This document shows positions 32,685 to 47,324 of a stretch of DNA of 64,000 nt, in pieces. The position numbers and the translations under genes are program-made. The notes beneath the pieces are model-generated. The model was given only the letters and a program-made list of their open reading frames with translations, had not been told where the DNA came from and did not search any database. This DNA comes from an uncultured SAR86 cluster bacterium (GTDB taxonomy: Bacteria > Pseudomonadota > Gammaproteobacteria > Magnimaribacterales > D2472), in contig CACELG010000002.1 in the NCBI GenBank assembly GCA_902560315.1, positions 442 through 64,441 of the forward strand, written 5' to 3'. Within the stretch, counting starts at the first letter, position 1, and each line of letters starts with the position of its first letter.

Positions 32685-33375
32685 CTTTAAAAAGTATAAG
32701 TTGAAAAATGACGGTACTATGCTTGATGTGGGTTGTGGAGAAGGGAGGCATATATTTGGAGTTATGCAAGACTATCCAATGATGAAATGCTTTGGCTTGG
32801 ATATGGACAATAAATCTCTTGAAATAGCTGAAGAAGGATATGAATATTTTGAATCAATATCAAATGTTGGCGCTGAATTTTTAAAAGGCTCCGCATATTC
32901 TTTACCTTTTTCAGATAACACTTTTGACCTGATAGTATGTTCTGAGGTATTGGAACATCTCCATGAATATAATGATGCTGTAATGGAAATTTATAGAGTT
33001 TTAAAGCCTGGAGGTAAATTTTACGCAAGTGTTCCTGCTTCTTGGCCAGAAAAAATTTGTTGGTTTTTATCCAAAGACTACCAAAATCAACCGGGAGGCC
33101 ACCTAAGAATATTTAATCAAAAAAGATTAGTTAAAGAAATTGAAGAATCAGGATTTAAATTCCTAGCATCTGAAAAATTTCATTCAATTCATAGTCCTTA
33201 TTGGTGGTTAAGATGTTTTTTTTGGAATTCCCAAGAATCAAATATTTTTGTAAAGCTTTATAAAAGAATTCTTGAAAGGCATATATTAAAAAAACCAATA
33301 ATCATTGATAGTGTTGATAAATTACTGAATCCCATTATGGGCAAAAGTTTTTCAATGTATTTTGAAAAGATGTAA
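32671..33375 (+). CDS. class I SAM-dependent methyltransferase (Methyltransf_11-like)
   Basis: 'MLDVGCGEGRH' (motif I), 'FDLIVCSEVLEHL' and 'VLKPGGKF'. Overlaps the GT4 gene by 14 nt. Confidence 0.8.
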   Translation: MLTFNFKKYKLKNDGTMLDVGCGEGRHIFGVMQDYPMMKCFGLDMDNKSLEIAEEGYEYFESISNVGAEFLKGSAYSLPFSDNTFDLIVCSEVLEHLHEYNDAVMEIYRVLKPGGKFYASVPASWPEKICWFLSKDYQNQPGGHLRIFNQKRLVKEIEESGFKFLASEKFHSIHSPYWWLRCFFWNSQESNIFVKLYKRILERHILKKPIIIDSVDKLLNPIMGKSFSMYFEKM

Positions 33376-33377
33376 AA

Positions 33378-34427
33378 ATGCATCTCCCTCAAAAAAGACT
33401 TAAAGAAAAACAAATTCTTAAAAAATCTTTTTTTGAGAATATAGCTAAATTTATAAAATCAATTCAATTAAAATCAGGCGCAATACCCTCAAACGATGAT
33501 GGGTCGCATGATCCTTGGGATCATATTGAATCAATCATGGGCTTAAACTTTGCAAATGAATATGAATCATCAAAATTAGCTTTTGATTGGCTTATTAAAA
33601 ATCAGAACCAAGATGGGAGCTGGTTCTCAAAATATATGGATGACATTCCAATAGAAAAGAACAAACCGACTCATTTTGCACCATACATATCTGTCGCATC
33701 GTTACATTTTTATAAAATCTTTTCAGATAAAAAATATTTGGAATATTTATGGCCTACAATAGAATCAGCTATAAATTTTTCTATTAAACTGCAAATTCAA
33801 AATGGAACTATTCCGTGGTCTGTAGATAAAAATAAAAAAATTGAAGAAGACTTCCTTCTTACAGGATCTTCATCAATACTTAAAAGTATTGAATGCGGAA
33901 TTGCGATCTCAAAAATAATCAAAAGTACTAAAAATTTAGAAGACTGGAACCACTCATATGAACTGTTATCAAAAGCAATTAAAAATCCTTCAGGAAAATT
34001 TGATTTATTAAAAGATAGGAAAAGATTCTCTATGGATTGGTATTATCCAATTCTATCTGGATGCCTTAATGATAATCAAAAATTTTTTTATGTAGATAAA
34101 GTTTTTAAAGATTTTTATATTAAAGAAATGGGCATCAAGTGTGTTATTGAAGAGCCATGGGTGACAGTAGCTGAAACATGTGAATTTATAATATGTTTAA
34201 TGATCTCAGGCAGAGATGAAGATGCCAAAAAGCTTTTAAAAGATGTCATAAATATTTCTGATATTAACGGAGTACCATACATGGGTTGGCAATATGAAGA
34301 AAATATTTTTTGGCCACTTGAGAGACCCAGCTGGACTTCTGCGGCATTAATTATTGCTGCAGATTCTGTAATGGGACTTTCTAAAGGAAAAGATTTATTT
34401 TTAAAAGATCAATCAATACTTTATTAG
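33378..34427 (+). CDS. (alpha/alpha)6-barrel protein, prenyltransferase/terpene-cyclase-repeat-like
   Basis: 'SGAIPSN.DGSHDPWDHIES' and 'LIKNQNQDGSWF' are QW/terpenoid-cyclase-like repeats, and 'IQNGTIPWS' also fits. Starts 3 nt after the methyltransferase stop. Confidence 0.5.
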   Translation: MHLPQKRLKEKQILKKSFFENIAKFIKSIQLKSGAIPSNDDGSHDPWDHIESIMGLNFANEYESSKLAFDWLIKNQNQDGSWFSKYMDDIPIEKNKPTHFAPYISVASLHFYKIFSDKKYLEYLWPTIESAINFSIKLQIQNGTIPWSVDKNKKIEEDFLLTGSSSILKSIECGIAISKIIKSTKNLEDWNHSYELLSKAIKNPSGKFDLLKDRKRFSMDWYYPILSGCLNDNQKFFYVDKVFKDFYIKEMGIKCVIEEPWVTVAETCEFIICLMISGRDEDAKKLLKDVINISDINGVPYMGWQYEENIFWPLERPSWTSAALIIAADSVMGLSKGKDLFLKDQSILY

Positions 34428-35015
34428 ACAAACAAGGGTATCCACTCTCTCATAAACTTTATAATTATTCTTTAGTGCCTTTTGATATATTTCATATGGA
34501 GCTTGACCACCCTCGCTAGGATTTTCAAAAATATCATGAATTATTAATACACCGCCCTTAATGATTTTTGATTCCCAGTATAAATAGTCATTATTAGCAG
34601 ACTCAAAAGAATGCCCTCCATCAATAAATAATATGCCCAAATTTGTATCCCAATTAAGAGATGCTTTTGTAGATTCTGAAATTATTGGCACTATATTTTG
34701 AATTTTGAAATGATTGATATTTTGAATTAATAAAGGAAGAGTATTTACTCTTTCTTCTGAATAATCATATATTTCTTTATCAAAGTATTCCTCATTAATT
34801 TGATGTTCCTCTGATCCAAGATGATGATCCAAGGTAAATACAGTTTGATTATTTTTTTTAGCACCGACAGACAAATATATTGATGATTTACCACAATAGG
34901 TTCCAATCTCCATTATCACACCCTTTATTGAAAATTTTGAAGCCCACCTGATGAGCGCCTTACCTTCATGAGGAGGCATAAAACCTTTTATTTTTTCTAT
35001 TCCATGCAAATTCAT
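34413..35015 (-). CDS. class I SAM-dependent methyltransferase (Methyltransf_24 / O-methyltransferase-like)
   Basis: 'VIMEIGTYCGKSSIYL' (motif I), 'LFIDGGHSFESANNDYLYW' and 'GGVLIIHD'. Confidence 0.65.
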   Translation of the reverse strand: MNLHGIEKIKGFMPPHEGKALIRWASKFSIKGVIMEIGTYCGKSSIYLSVGAKKNNQTVFTLDHHLGSEEHQINEEYFDKEIYDYSEERVNTLPLLIQNINHFKIQNIVPIISESTKASLNWDTNLGILFIDGGHSFESANNDYLYWESKIIKGGVLIIHDIFENPSEGGQAPYEIYQKALKNNYKVYERVDTLVCLIKY

Positions 35016-35884
35016 TTATAAATACTTTCCTTTCCAAGTGTGGATTTAAATCTTCTATGCTGCCAAAGATATTCTTCTGGATTAAGTTTAATTTTGGATT
35101 CAATTAGCATATTCAATTCACTTGAGAATTCATCAACAGAGTTTTGATTAATTTTTACTTCATCAACATCGATTATTAACTTTCCTTTATAAAAATAAGA
35201 GTTTAGAAAGAAAGTTTTACAATTAGTATTATTAATAATTTTAAGTGGTGCTGATATTGTTGCTGCTGGCATACCAAAAAAATCTACTACAGTAGAATTC
35301 TTCATTCCATAATCCTGATCGGGAGCATACAAAACAGTCTTTCCATTTTTAAGCCACCTCATAAAAGTCATTGTATTTTTTCTACCCGCCAATCCTTTAA
35401 GACTTTTTAGCCTTCCTTTGCTTTGAGTTAATTCAAACTTTTTGGAGTTATGCTCTCTTTCAACTCCATAAATATCAGCATTCATAGCCAATATTCTTGA
35501 ATCAAGCTCTAGATGAAGAGAGTGTTTAAAAAATAACAGAATTCCTTTTTTAGAATTTTGTTTTTGTAATAGATTTTCAAGCCCATTGATTTCATAGGGT
35601 ATGTTTTTTTGAATTCTCTTATTAGACCAAAACCATGCAATTCCAGTATCAAAGATCACTCTACCTGAGGCAATAATATTGTCTTTATATATTTTATTCC
35701 GTTCTTTTTGATTTAATTCAGGAAAACATAGATCAATATTAACCTTACTTATTTTATTTCTTTTAAAAGATGAAATTAACATTAAATGACCAATAAGAAC
35801 TGAAAAAATATTTTGAATACTCCATGGAAGAAGAACTATGACTCTCCAAAAAAATAGAAGAATTGTTAATAAAGCATTTTTCAT
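35012..35884 (-). CDS. lpxL: lipid A late (lauroyl/myristoyl) acyltransferase, LpxL/LpxM family
   Basis: N-terminal TM helix, 'NIDLCFPELNQKERNKI', 'FFKHSLHLELD' (H-x4-D/E-type motif) and 'EEYLWQHRRFK'. Confidence 0.8.
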   Translation of the reverse strand: MKNALLTILLFFWRVIVLLPWSIQNIFSVLIGHLMLISSFKRNKISKVNIDLCFPELNQKERNKIYKDNIIASGRVIFDTGIAWFWSNKRIQKNIPYEINGLENLLQKQNSKKGILLFFKHSLHLELDSRILAMNADIYGVEREHNSKKFELTQSKGRLKSLKGLAGRKNTMTFMRWLKNGKTVLYAPDQDYGMKNSTVVDFFGMPAATISAPLKIINNTNCKTFFLNSYFYKGKLIIDVDEVKINQNSVDEFSSELNMLIESKIKLNPEEYLWQHRRFKSTLGKESIYK

Positions 35885-35930
35885 TTGATATTAAGATGTA
35901 TTATTACATTAATAATTTTTATATATTTTT

Positions 35931-38440
<2,510 letters not shown>

Positions 38441-38498
38441 ATATAATAATAAGCCCCAACATATGACTATAATAGAGTAATTAATGAGGTAATTAAAA

Positions 38499-39528
38499 GT
38501 GAATTGGGAAAATCAAAATAAAGATCCATGGGGTAATAAAAATGATGCACCAGATTTTGACGAGCTAATGAAAAAATTTTCATCTATTCTTGGTGGCAAG
38601 AAGTCTTCTAGTAATGGCTCAGGCGGTAGCGGAAATAGTGGTGGATTTAAATTTCCGTCCTCAAGAATATTCCTCTATGCACTTTTTGGTTTTTCTATTG
38701 TTTATGCATCTCAATGTATATATCAATTAGATGCATCTGAGAGAGCAGTCATATTAAGACTTGGTGTCTTTCATGAGGAACAAGAAGAGGGACTTAATTT
38801 TAGATTGGCTGGTATTGATGAAAGGTATATTGAGAATGTTTCTCTAACAAGAAGATATACTCAAACGAATAGCATGCTTACAAAAGATGAAAATATTGTA
38901 GATGTTACTGTATCGGCTCAATATAGAATAGCTAACTTAAAAGATTTTGTTCTTAATGTAAAAGATCCCGAAGGTAGTCTAAGGAATGCTATTGAGAGTG
39001 CATTAAGGCACGTTGTTGGGGATAATACATTAGATCAGACTCTAACAGTTGGAAGGGAAAATATTGCACAAGAAGTTCAAACAAGATTACAGTCATATTT
39101 AGACATATATCAAACAGGCCTATTGGTTCAACAGGTTAATATTGAGAAAACAGATCCACCAGCAGCAGTTAAAAATGCCTTTGACGATGTTGTTGCAGCC
39201 AGAGAGGATAAAGAAAGACTTCAAAATGAGGCAGAAAGATATGCTTTAACAATTGTTCCCGAGGCTAGAGGCCAAGCTCAAGCAAGAATAAGAGGTGCTG
39301 AAGCCTATAAAGAAGAAGTAGTGTCAAAAGCAGAAGGCGAAGTAGATAGATTTAATAAACTTCTTGAGGAATATTCAAAAGCACCGGAAGTTACAAGAGA
39401 TAGACTTTACCTTGATGCACTTCAATCAGTTCTGTCAAATTCAACAAAAATTATGGTTGATGTTGAGGGTGGAAATAATCTTCTTTATTTACCTCTTGAT
39501 AAAATAATGGAAGAAAATAAGAAGAAAG

Positions 39529-39545
<17 letters not shown>
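38499..39545 (+). CDS. hflK: FtsH protease modulator HflK
   Basis: 'DPWGNKNDAPDFDELMKKF', Gly/Ser-rich stretch, TM helix, SPFH domain and C-terminal coiled-coil. GTG start. Confidence 0.9.
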
Positions 39546-42016
<2,471 letters not shown>

Positions 42017-42033
<17 letters not shown>

Positions 42034-42427
42034 TTATTAGTTTTATTAAAGCATGAGCATTGTTGGTAGTACTTTTTATTACTCTTGCTTCTAGCTGTTC
42101 CTTATTTTCTACACAAATAACATTATTAATTATTGCTATATGAGCATGATTATCGGATAGAACTCCAATAGATCTAAAGGTTTCTTGAGTAACTAATTCA
42201 TAGTGTGAAGTTTCTCCTCTTATTACAATTCCTAAGAAAATAATACCTTTATATTCATTATTAGATACCGATACCTCATTTGAAGCTAAAGCGGAAAGTT
42301 CTAGAGCTCCAGGAGCAATAACTTCTGAACATTCAAAGTTTTTCTCCAATATCTCTTTAGAAACATTTAACATTTTAGATATATGCTCTTCATACCAAGA
42401 AGTTCGTACAATTAATATTTTATTCAT
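42017..42427 (-). CDS. ribH: 6,7-dimethyl-8-ribityllumazine synthase (short, divergent)
   Basis: 'ILIVRTSWYEEH', 'APGALELSALA' and 'GIVIRGETSHYELV' (compare IRGATPHFDYV). Sits between ribB* and nusB. Confidence 0.75.
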
Positions 42428-43499
42428 TAGTGAAACCGGTTATTTCTATATCAAATCCAGAAACAGCATTATATTTTGTCGGGGTTCCTAGAACAGTAAT
42501 CTTTTTTAGATTTAATGCTCTTAAAATTTGAGAACCAACACCAATAACTCTTCTATTGCTCTTCGGCTCTATTTCTTTTTCCTCTAATTTATTCAACCAA
42601 TAGCTTTTTGAATCTTTGTAATTAATTAATACAAACAAACCAACTCCTTCATCAGAAATTCTTTTTAATGAATCTCTTATAGACCAATTTTTACCGAGCT
42701 CATCTATCCCAAGAGTATCTTGAAGAATACTTTGAGTTTGAACTCTTACTAGTGGCGAGTCTACTGATTGAATATCACCCTTTAAAAGAGAAAAATGATA
42801 TTCATCATGTATTTTATCTCTCCATACATTCAATTTAAATTCACCAAACTCGTTTTTTACATCTCTATCAAGAACTGACTCAATTGTCGCATCCATTGAA
42901 AGTCTATAATCAATTAAGTCTGCGATGGTACCAACTTTGATATTATTTTCATTACCAAATTTTATTAAATCATCTCTACGAGCCATCGTTCCATCTTCAT
43001 TCATAATTTCACATATTACACCGGCAGATTGAAGTCCAGCCAATTTAGCTAAATCGCAGGCAGCTTCTGTGTGACCAGCTCTACTTAGCACACCACCTTT
43101 CATGGCTTTAAGAGGAAAAACATGGCCTGGTTGAACAATATCTGATGGCTTTGAATTCTTATTTACTGCTGTTTTAATTGTATGAGATCTATCAGCAGCC
43201 GATATTCCTGTGGTAATACCTTCAGCTGCCTCAATAGATACAGTAAAAGCTGTTTTATTTGCAGCCCTGTTGTTATTAGTCATCATTTGAAGATCATATT
43301 TTTGACAAAGCTCTGTACTCATTGGAAGACAAATTAAGCCTTTTCCCTTAGAAGCCATAAAGTTAATAATTTCAGGAGTCACCAAGTCAGCTGCACAGAT
43401 TAGATCTCCCTCATTTTCTCTAGATTCATCATCAACAATGATCACCATTTTCCCATCTTTGATGTCACTAATAATCTCTAAAATATTGCTTTTATCCAT
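42420..43499 (-). CDS. ribB: 3,4-dihydroxy-2-butanone-4-phosphate synthase fused to a degenerate GTP cyclohydrolase II-like domain (RibBX type)
   Basis: The DHBPS half is intact: '[15 protein letters not shown]', '[17 protein letters not shown]', 'PGHVFPL', 'RAGHTEAA'. The C-terminal half aligns with RibA, but '[21 protein letters not shown]' replaces '[17 protein letters not shown]', so all three Zn cysteines are absent. Confidence 0.85.
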   Translation of the reverse strand: MDKSNILEIISDIKDGKMVIIVDDESRENEGDLICAADLVTPEIINFMASKGKGLICLPMSTELCQKYDLQMMTNNNRAANKTAFTVSIEAAEGITTGISAADRSHTIKTAVNKNSKPSDIVQPGHVFPLKAMKGGVLSRAGHTEAACDLAKLAGLQSAGVICEIMNEDGTMARRDDLIKFGNENNIKVGTIADLIDYRLSMDATIESVLDRDVKNEFGEFKLNVWRDKIHDEYHFSLLKGDIQSVDSPLVRVQTQSILQDTLGIDELGKNWSIRDSLKRISDEGVGLFVLINYKDSKSYWLNKLEEKEIEPKSNRRVIGVGSQILRALNLKKITVLGTPTKYNAVSGFDIEITGFTNE

Positions 43500-44500
43500 T
43501 ATTTTTTAAATATTTCTTTTAAGTCGGTATCAATTTTATATGAGGATTCTAATTTAAAACCATAATTTTCAATAGCATTATCTTCATAAAACCAATTTAT
43601 TCCTTTTTCACCCAGTTTTTTTGTTGAACTATATACGATTAATTCATCAACAATACCTTCTTTTAGAAAAGAATTGACTAACTTTGGGCCAGCCTCTATT
43701 AAGATTGAACATATATCACTTTTTTGATATGAGTTAATAATCTTTTTTAAATCATTAATTTTAAAAACATCTACAGAAGCATTTTTAAAGAAATCTAGTT
43801 CTTTGCTATATGCATTATTAGTTAATAATATTTTTTTAGGTTGATTTAAAGCGAAATTAACTCGCGAATTCATTTTAGGATTATCATTTCGTAAGGTATT
43901 TCCTCCTGTCAAAATTGCATCATATTCAGCTCTAATTTTCTGCACATCATCAAGTGATGACTGTGAAGTAATAAAAACTCTTTCGTCATTGTAATGAGAC
44001 TTGCCATCTAATGAAGATGCAATTTTAATAGTAATATAAGGTTTTTTATTTTTATGTTTATAAAAGAAAAATTTATTTTGTTTTTCTACACGATCTTCAA
44101 ATAATCCAAATTCAACACTTATATTATTGTCTTGTAAAATTTTTATACCTTTACCAGCAACTTTTGGATTTGGGTCAATTGCCCCAATAATTATATTTTT
44201 AAAGCCTGTATCAACAATGAAATCAGCACAAGATCCTGTTTTTCCATGATGGCTGCAAGGCTCCAATGTACATATCAAAGATAATTCTGAAAAGCTTTCA
44301 AATTTCTTGCCTAAATAATTTTTAGCTTTTTCAATTGCATTAATTTCAGCATGATTTTTACCATAAGTTTCATGATATCCTTCTGAAATTATTTCATTGT
44401 CTTTGAATACAATTGCACCTACAACTGGATTAGGTTTTGCAGTGAATTTAAATTTTTCTGCTTTAGTGATAGCACGAAGCATCAATTCTTCGTAGTTCAT
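43499..44500 (-). CDS. ribD: bifunctional riboflavin biosynthesis deaminase/reductase
   Basis: 'HAEINAI' and '[14 protein letters not shown]' (CDA zinc motifs), with a reductase half containing 'KIASSLDGK'. Confidence 0.9.
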   Translation of the reverse strand: MNYEELMLRAITKAEKFKFTAKPNPVVGAIVFKDNEIISEGYHETYGKNHAEINAIEKAKNYLGKKFESFSELSLICTLEPCSHHGKTGSCADFIVDTGFKNIIIGAIDPNPKVAGKGIKILQDNNISVEFGLFEDRVEKQNKFFFYKHKNKKPYITIKIASSLDGKSHYNDERVFITSQSSLDDVQKIRAEYDAILTGGNTLRNDNPKMNSRVNFALNQPKKILLTNNAYSKELDFFKNASVDVFKINDLKKIINSYQKSDICSILIEAGPKLVNSFLKEGIVDELIVYSSTKKLGEKGINWFYEDNAIENYGFKLESSYKIDTDLKEIFKK

Positions 44501-44976
44501 TTTTTTGAATTTTTCTTTGACGGCTTCTCTTTGGTAAGTGAACTTATTTCTTGAGAGAAATCTTCAATGTCCTGAAAATCCCTATATACAGAGGCAAAAC
44601 GCACATAAGCAACACTATCGACTTCTTTTAAAGCATTCATCATAATTTTGCCAATTTCAATAGATTTGATTTCTCGAACTCCTTTTGTTCTTATTTCTTT
44701 TAAAATCTTACCAAAAACAGAATCTATCTCTTCTGTAGATAACGGTCTTTTTTCTAAAGCTCTTAACATACCTGACTTGAGTTTTGAGCCATTGAAAGGC
44801 TGTCTTTCTCCATTACTTTTAATAACTCTTGGAAGAGCTAAATCAATTGTCTCAAAAGTTGTAAATCTAGAGTGACAGACTTCACACTCTCTTCTTCTTC
44901 TAATTTGAGACCCATCCGCAACTAATCTTGAATCAATTACCTTTGTATCTTCAGCTTGGCAAAACGGACAATACAT
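44497..44976 (-). CDS. nrdR: transcriptional repressor NrdR
   Basis: 'MYCPFCQAEDTKVIDSR...RRRECEVCHSRFTTFE' zinc ribbon plus an ATP-cone. Confidence 0.95.
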   Translation of the reverse strand: MYCPFCQAEDTKVIDSRLVADGSQIRRRRECEVCHSRFTTFETIDLALPRVIKSNGERQPFNGSKLKSGMLRALEKRPLSTEEIDSVFGKILKEIRTKGVREIKSIEIGKIMMNALKEVDSVAYVRFASVYRDFQDIEDFSQEISSLTKEKPSKKNSKK

Positions 44977-46257
44977 CTATACATTATATACTGGAAAATT
45001 ACTCGTCAGATTATGCACTTCCTCTTTTATATTTTTTTGGAGTTCTTCATTGCTAAAATCATTAATAATATCTGATATCCAATTACTTACTTGAATTATT
45101 TCTTTTTCTTTAAATCCTCTAGTTGTTGCAGCAGGTGTCCCAATTCTAATACCTGAAGTAACAAAAGGTGAGGCCGGATCATTTGGAACAGAATTCTTGT
45201 TAACAGTAATATTTACAGATCCAAGGACTCTTTCGAGGTCTTTTCCTGAAATCCCTTTATTCCTTAGATCAACAAGTATTATATGATTTTCTGTTCCATT
45301 GCTAACAATATCTATACCATTTGACATTAATGTACTAGCCATAGTTTTTGCATTTTCCATTACTTGATTAATATAAATTTTGAAGTCAGGGTCTAAAGCT
45401 TCTTTGAAGCATAAAGCCTTGGCAGCAACAACGTGCATAAGCGGCCCACCTTGTGATCCAGGAAAAACTGCTGAATTTAATTTCTTTTCTATTTCTTCAT
45501 TTGACTTAGCAAGAATAATTCCAGACCTAGGACCACGTAATGTTTTATGAGTAGTTGATGTAACAACATCTGCATAAGGAACAGGAGATGGGTATAAATC
45601 AGCTGCTACCAAACCAGATACATGAGCCATATCTACAAGAAAATATGCTCCAATCTCATCAGCTATTTCTCTAAATTTCTTCCAGTCAATTATTCCAGTA
45701 AACGCTGAAAAACCTGCAATTATTAATTTAGGTCTGTGTTCTTTTGCAAGAGACCTTACCTCATCATAATTAATATCATGAGTTTCAGGATGAAGCCCAT
45801 ATTGAACGCTTTTATAGTTTCTACCTGAAAAATTTACCTTGGAGCCATGAGTTAAATGACCTCCATGATCAAGACTCATTCCAAGAATAGTGTCATTTGG
45901 TTCTAGTAAAGCTAAATATGCTGCAGCATTTGCAGAAGAGCCAGAATGAGGTTGAACATTTGCATAATCTGCTTTGAAAAGTTTTTTTGCTCTTTCGATA
46001 GCAAGGTTTTCAGCAATATCAACATTCTCACAACCACCATAATATCTTTTAGATGGATATCCTTCTGCATACTTATTAGTTAAGACTGAGCCTTGAGCTT
46101 CAAGAATTCTTTTAGATGCATAATTTTCAGATGCTATTAATTCAATATGATCTTCTTGCCTTTCAGCTTCACTTTCAAAAGAAGCCCACAGCTCAGAATC
46201 ATAATCCTTTATTGGATTATCATTAGAGAAAATACTATCACTTCTTGATGATTTCAT
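44977..46257 (-). CDS. glyA: serine hydroxymethyltransferase
   Basis: 'IELIASENY', '[14 protein letters not shown]' and '[14 protein letters not shown]' (PLP lysine). Confidence 0.97.
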   Translation of the reverse strand: MKSSRSDSIFSNDNPIKDYDSELWASFESEAERQEDHIELIASENYASKRILEAQGSVLTNKYAEGYPSKRYYGGCENVDIAENLAIERAKKLFKADYANVQPHSGSSANAAAYLALLEPNDTILGMSLDHGGHLTHGSKVNFSGRNYKSVQYGLHPETHDINYDEVRSLAKEHRPKLIIAGFSAFTGIIDWKKFREIADEIGAYFLVDMAHVSGLVAADLYPSPVPYADVVTSTTHKTLRGPRSGIILAKSNEEIEKKLNSAVFPGSQGGPLMHVVAAKALCFKEALDPDFKIYINQVMENAKTMASTLMSNGIDIVSNGTENHIILVDLRNKGISGKDLERVLGSVNITVNKNSVPNDPASPFVTSGIRIGTPAATTRGFKEKEIIQVSNWISDIINDFSNEELQKNIKEEVHNLTSNFPVYNV

Positions 46258-46304
46258 AGTTTTTAATATTTTGTTAAAAAGAAATTATGATAATTTTATA
46301 TTAT

Positions 46305-46958
46305 CTAGGGTCTTTTGTGCACAAAAGGTTTCTTTCTTTTTGGGTAACAAGATTTACAAATTTTACATTCTGTACCATAACAAGTTTTGGCCATACAGTA
46401 CTCACGTCCCCAGAATATAATTTGTAAATGAAGCTTATTCCAAGATTCTTTTGGAAAAATTTTTTTTAGATCTTCTTCGGTTTTTTTTACATTTTTTCCA
46501 TTTGTGAGTCCCCATCTTTGCGCTAATCTATGTATATGAGTATCAACTGCAAAAGCAGGTATACCGAACCCTTGGCTCATTACAACTGAGGCTGTTTTAT
46601 GTCCAACACCTGGCAAGCTTTCAAGATCAGAAAAATTATTTGGAACTTCACAATTGAATTTGTTAACTAAAATTTTAGATAGTTTAGATATAGCTTTTGA
46701 TTTTTGAGGCCCTAATCCACATGGCTTTATAATTTTATATATTTTATTTACGGAAAGTTTTGACATTGATAGAGGGTCAGAAGCAATTGAAAATAGATTT
46801 GGAGTTACCTGATTAACTCTCTCATCAGTACATTGTGCTGATAAAAGAACTGCTATAAGTAAAGTAAAGTTATCTTGATGATCAAGAGGAATAGGTGTTT
46901 CTGGATAGACTTTATCCAATATTTTTTTTATGACTATAGCTCTTTCAGTTTTATTCAT
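46305..46958 (-). CDS. nth: endonuclease III
   Basis: 'LLSAQCTDERVN', HhH 'LPGVGHKTASVV', 'VDTHIHR' and a C-terminal Cys cluster. Confidence 0.88.
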   Translation of the reverse strand: MNKTERAIVIKKILDKVYPETPIPLDHQDNFTLLIAVLLSAQCTDERVNQVTPNLFSIASDPLSMSKLSVNKIYKIIKPCGLGPQKSKAISKLSKILVNKFNCEVPNNFSDLESLPGVGHKTASVVMSQGFGIPAFAVDTHIHRLAQRWGLTNGKNVKKTEEDLKKIFPKESWNKLHLQIIFWGREYCMAKTCYGTECKICKSCYPKRKKPFVHKRP

Positions 46959-46990
46959 ATAAATAAATGTAGCATAATATTTTCAAGATT

Positions 46991-47302
46991 ATGAATACAG
47001 ATAAATTAAAGCAAAATTTGCTTAAACTTAAGGATCTTTTTTTAGAAGAAACAGAAGAGAATAAAAAAATGCTTGATATCTATATAAGTTATATAGAAGG
47101 AAACGCAAATGAAGAAGATATCACTGAGGCTAATGAACAATTAAAACAAATCTTTAAAAGTTTAGGACTTGGTGTTCTAGTTGTTTTACCATTTAGTCCG
47201 ATATCAATTCCTTATGTTTTAAAAAAAGCTAAAGAGTTTGATATTGACCTCATTCCGGAGTGGTATAAGACTTTAAGTAAAGATGAAGATAGACTAGAAT
47301 AG
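46991..47302 (+). CDS. small hypothetical membrane-associated protein (weak LETM1-like motif)
   Basis: 103 aa with an acidic coiled N-terminus, then 'LGLGVLVVLPFSPISIPYVLKKAKEFDIDLIPEWY'. Confidence 0.4.
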   Translation: MNTDKLKQNLLKLKDLFLEETEENKKMLDIYISYIEGNANEEDITEANEQLKQIFKSLGLGVLVVLPFSPISIPYVLKKAKEFDIDLIPEWYKTLSKDEDRLE

Positions 47303-47324
47303 TTAAGCTTTAATTGGAGAAATT

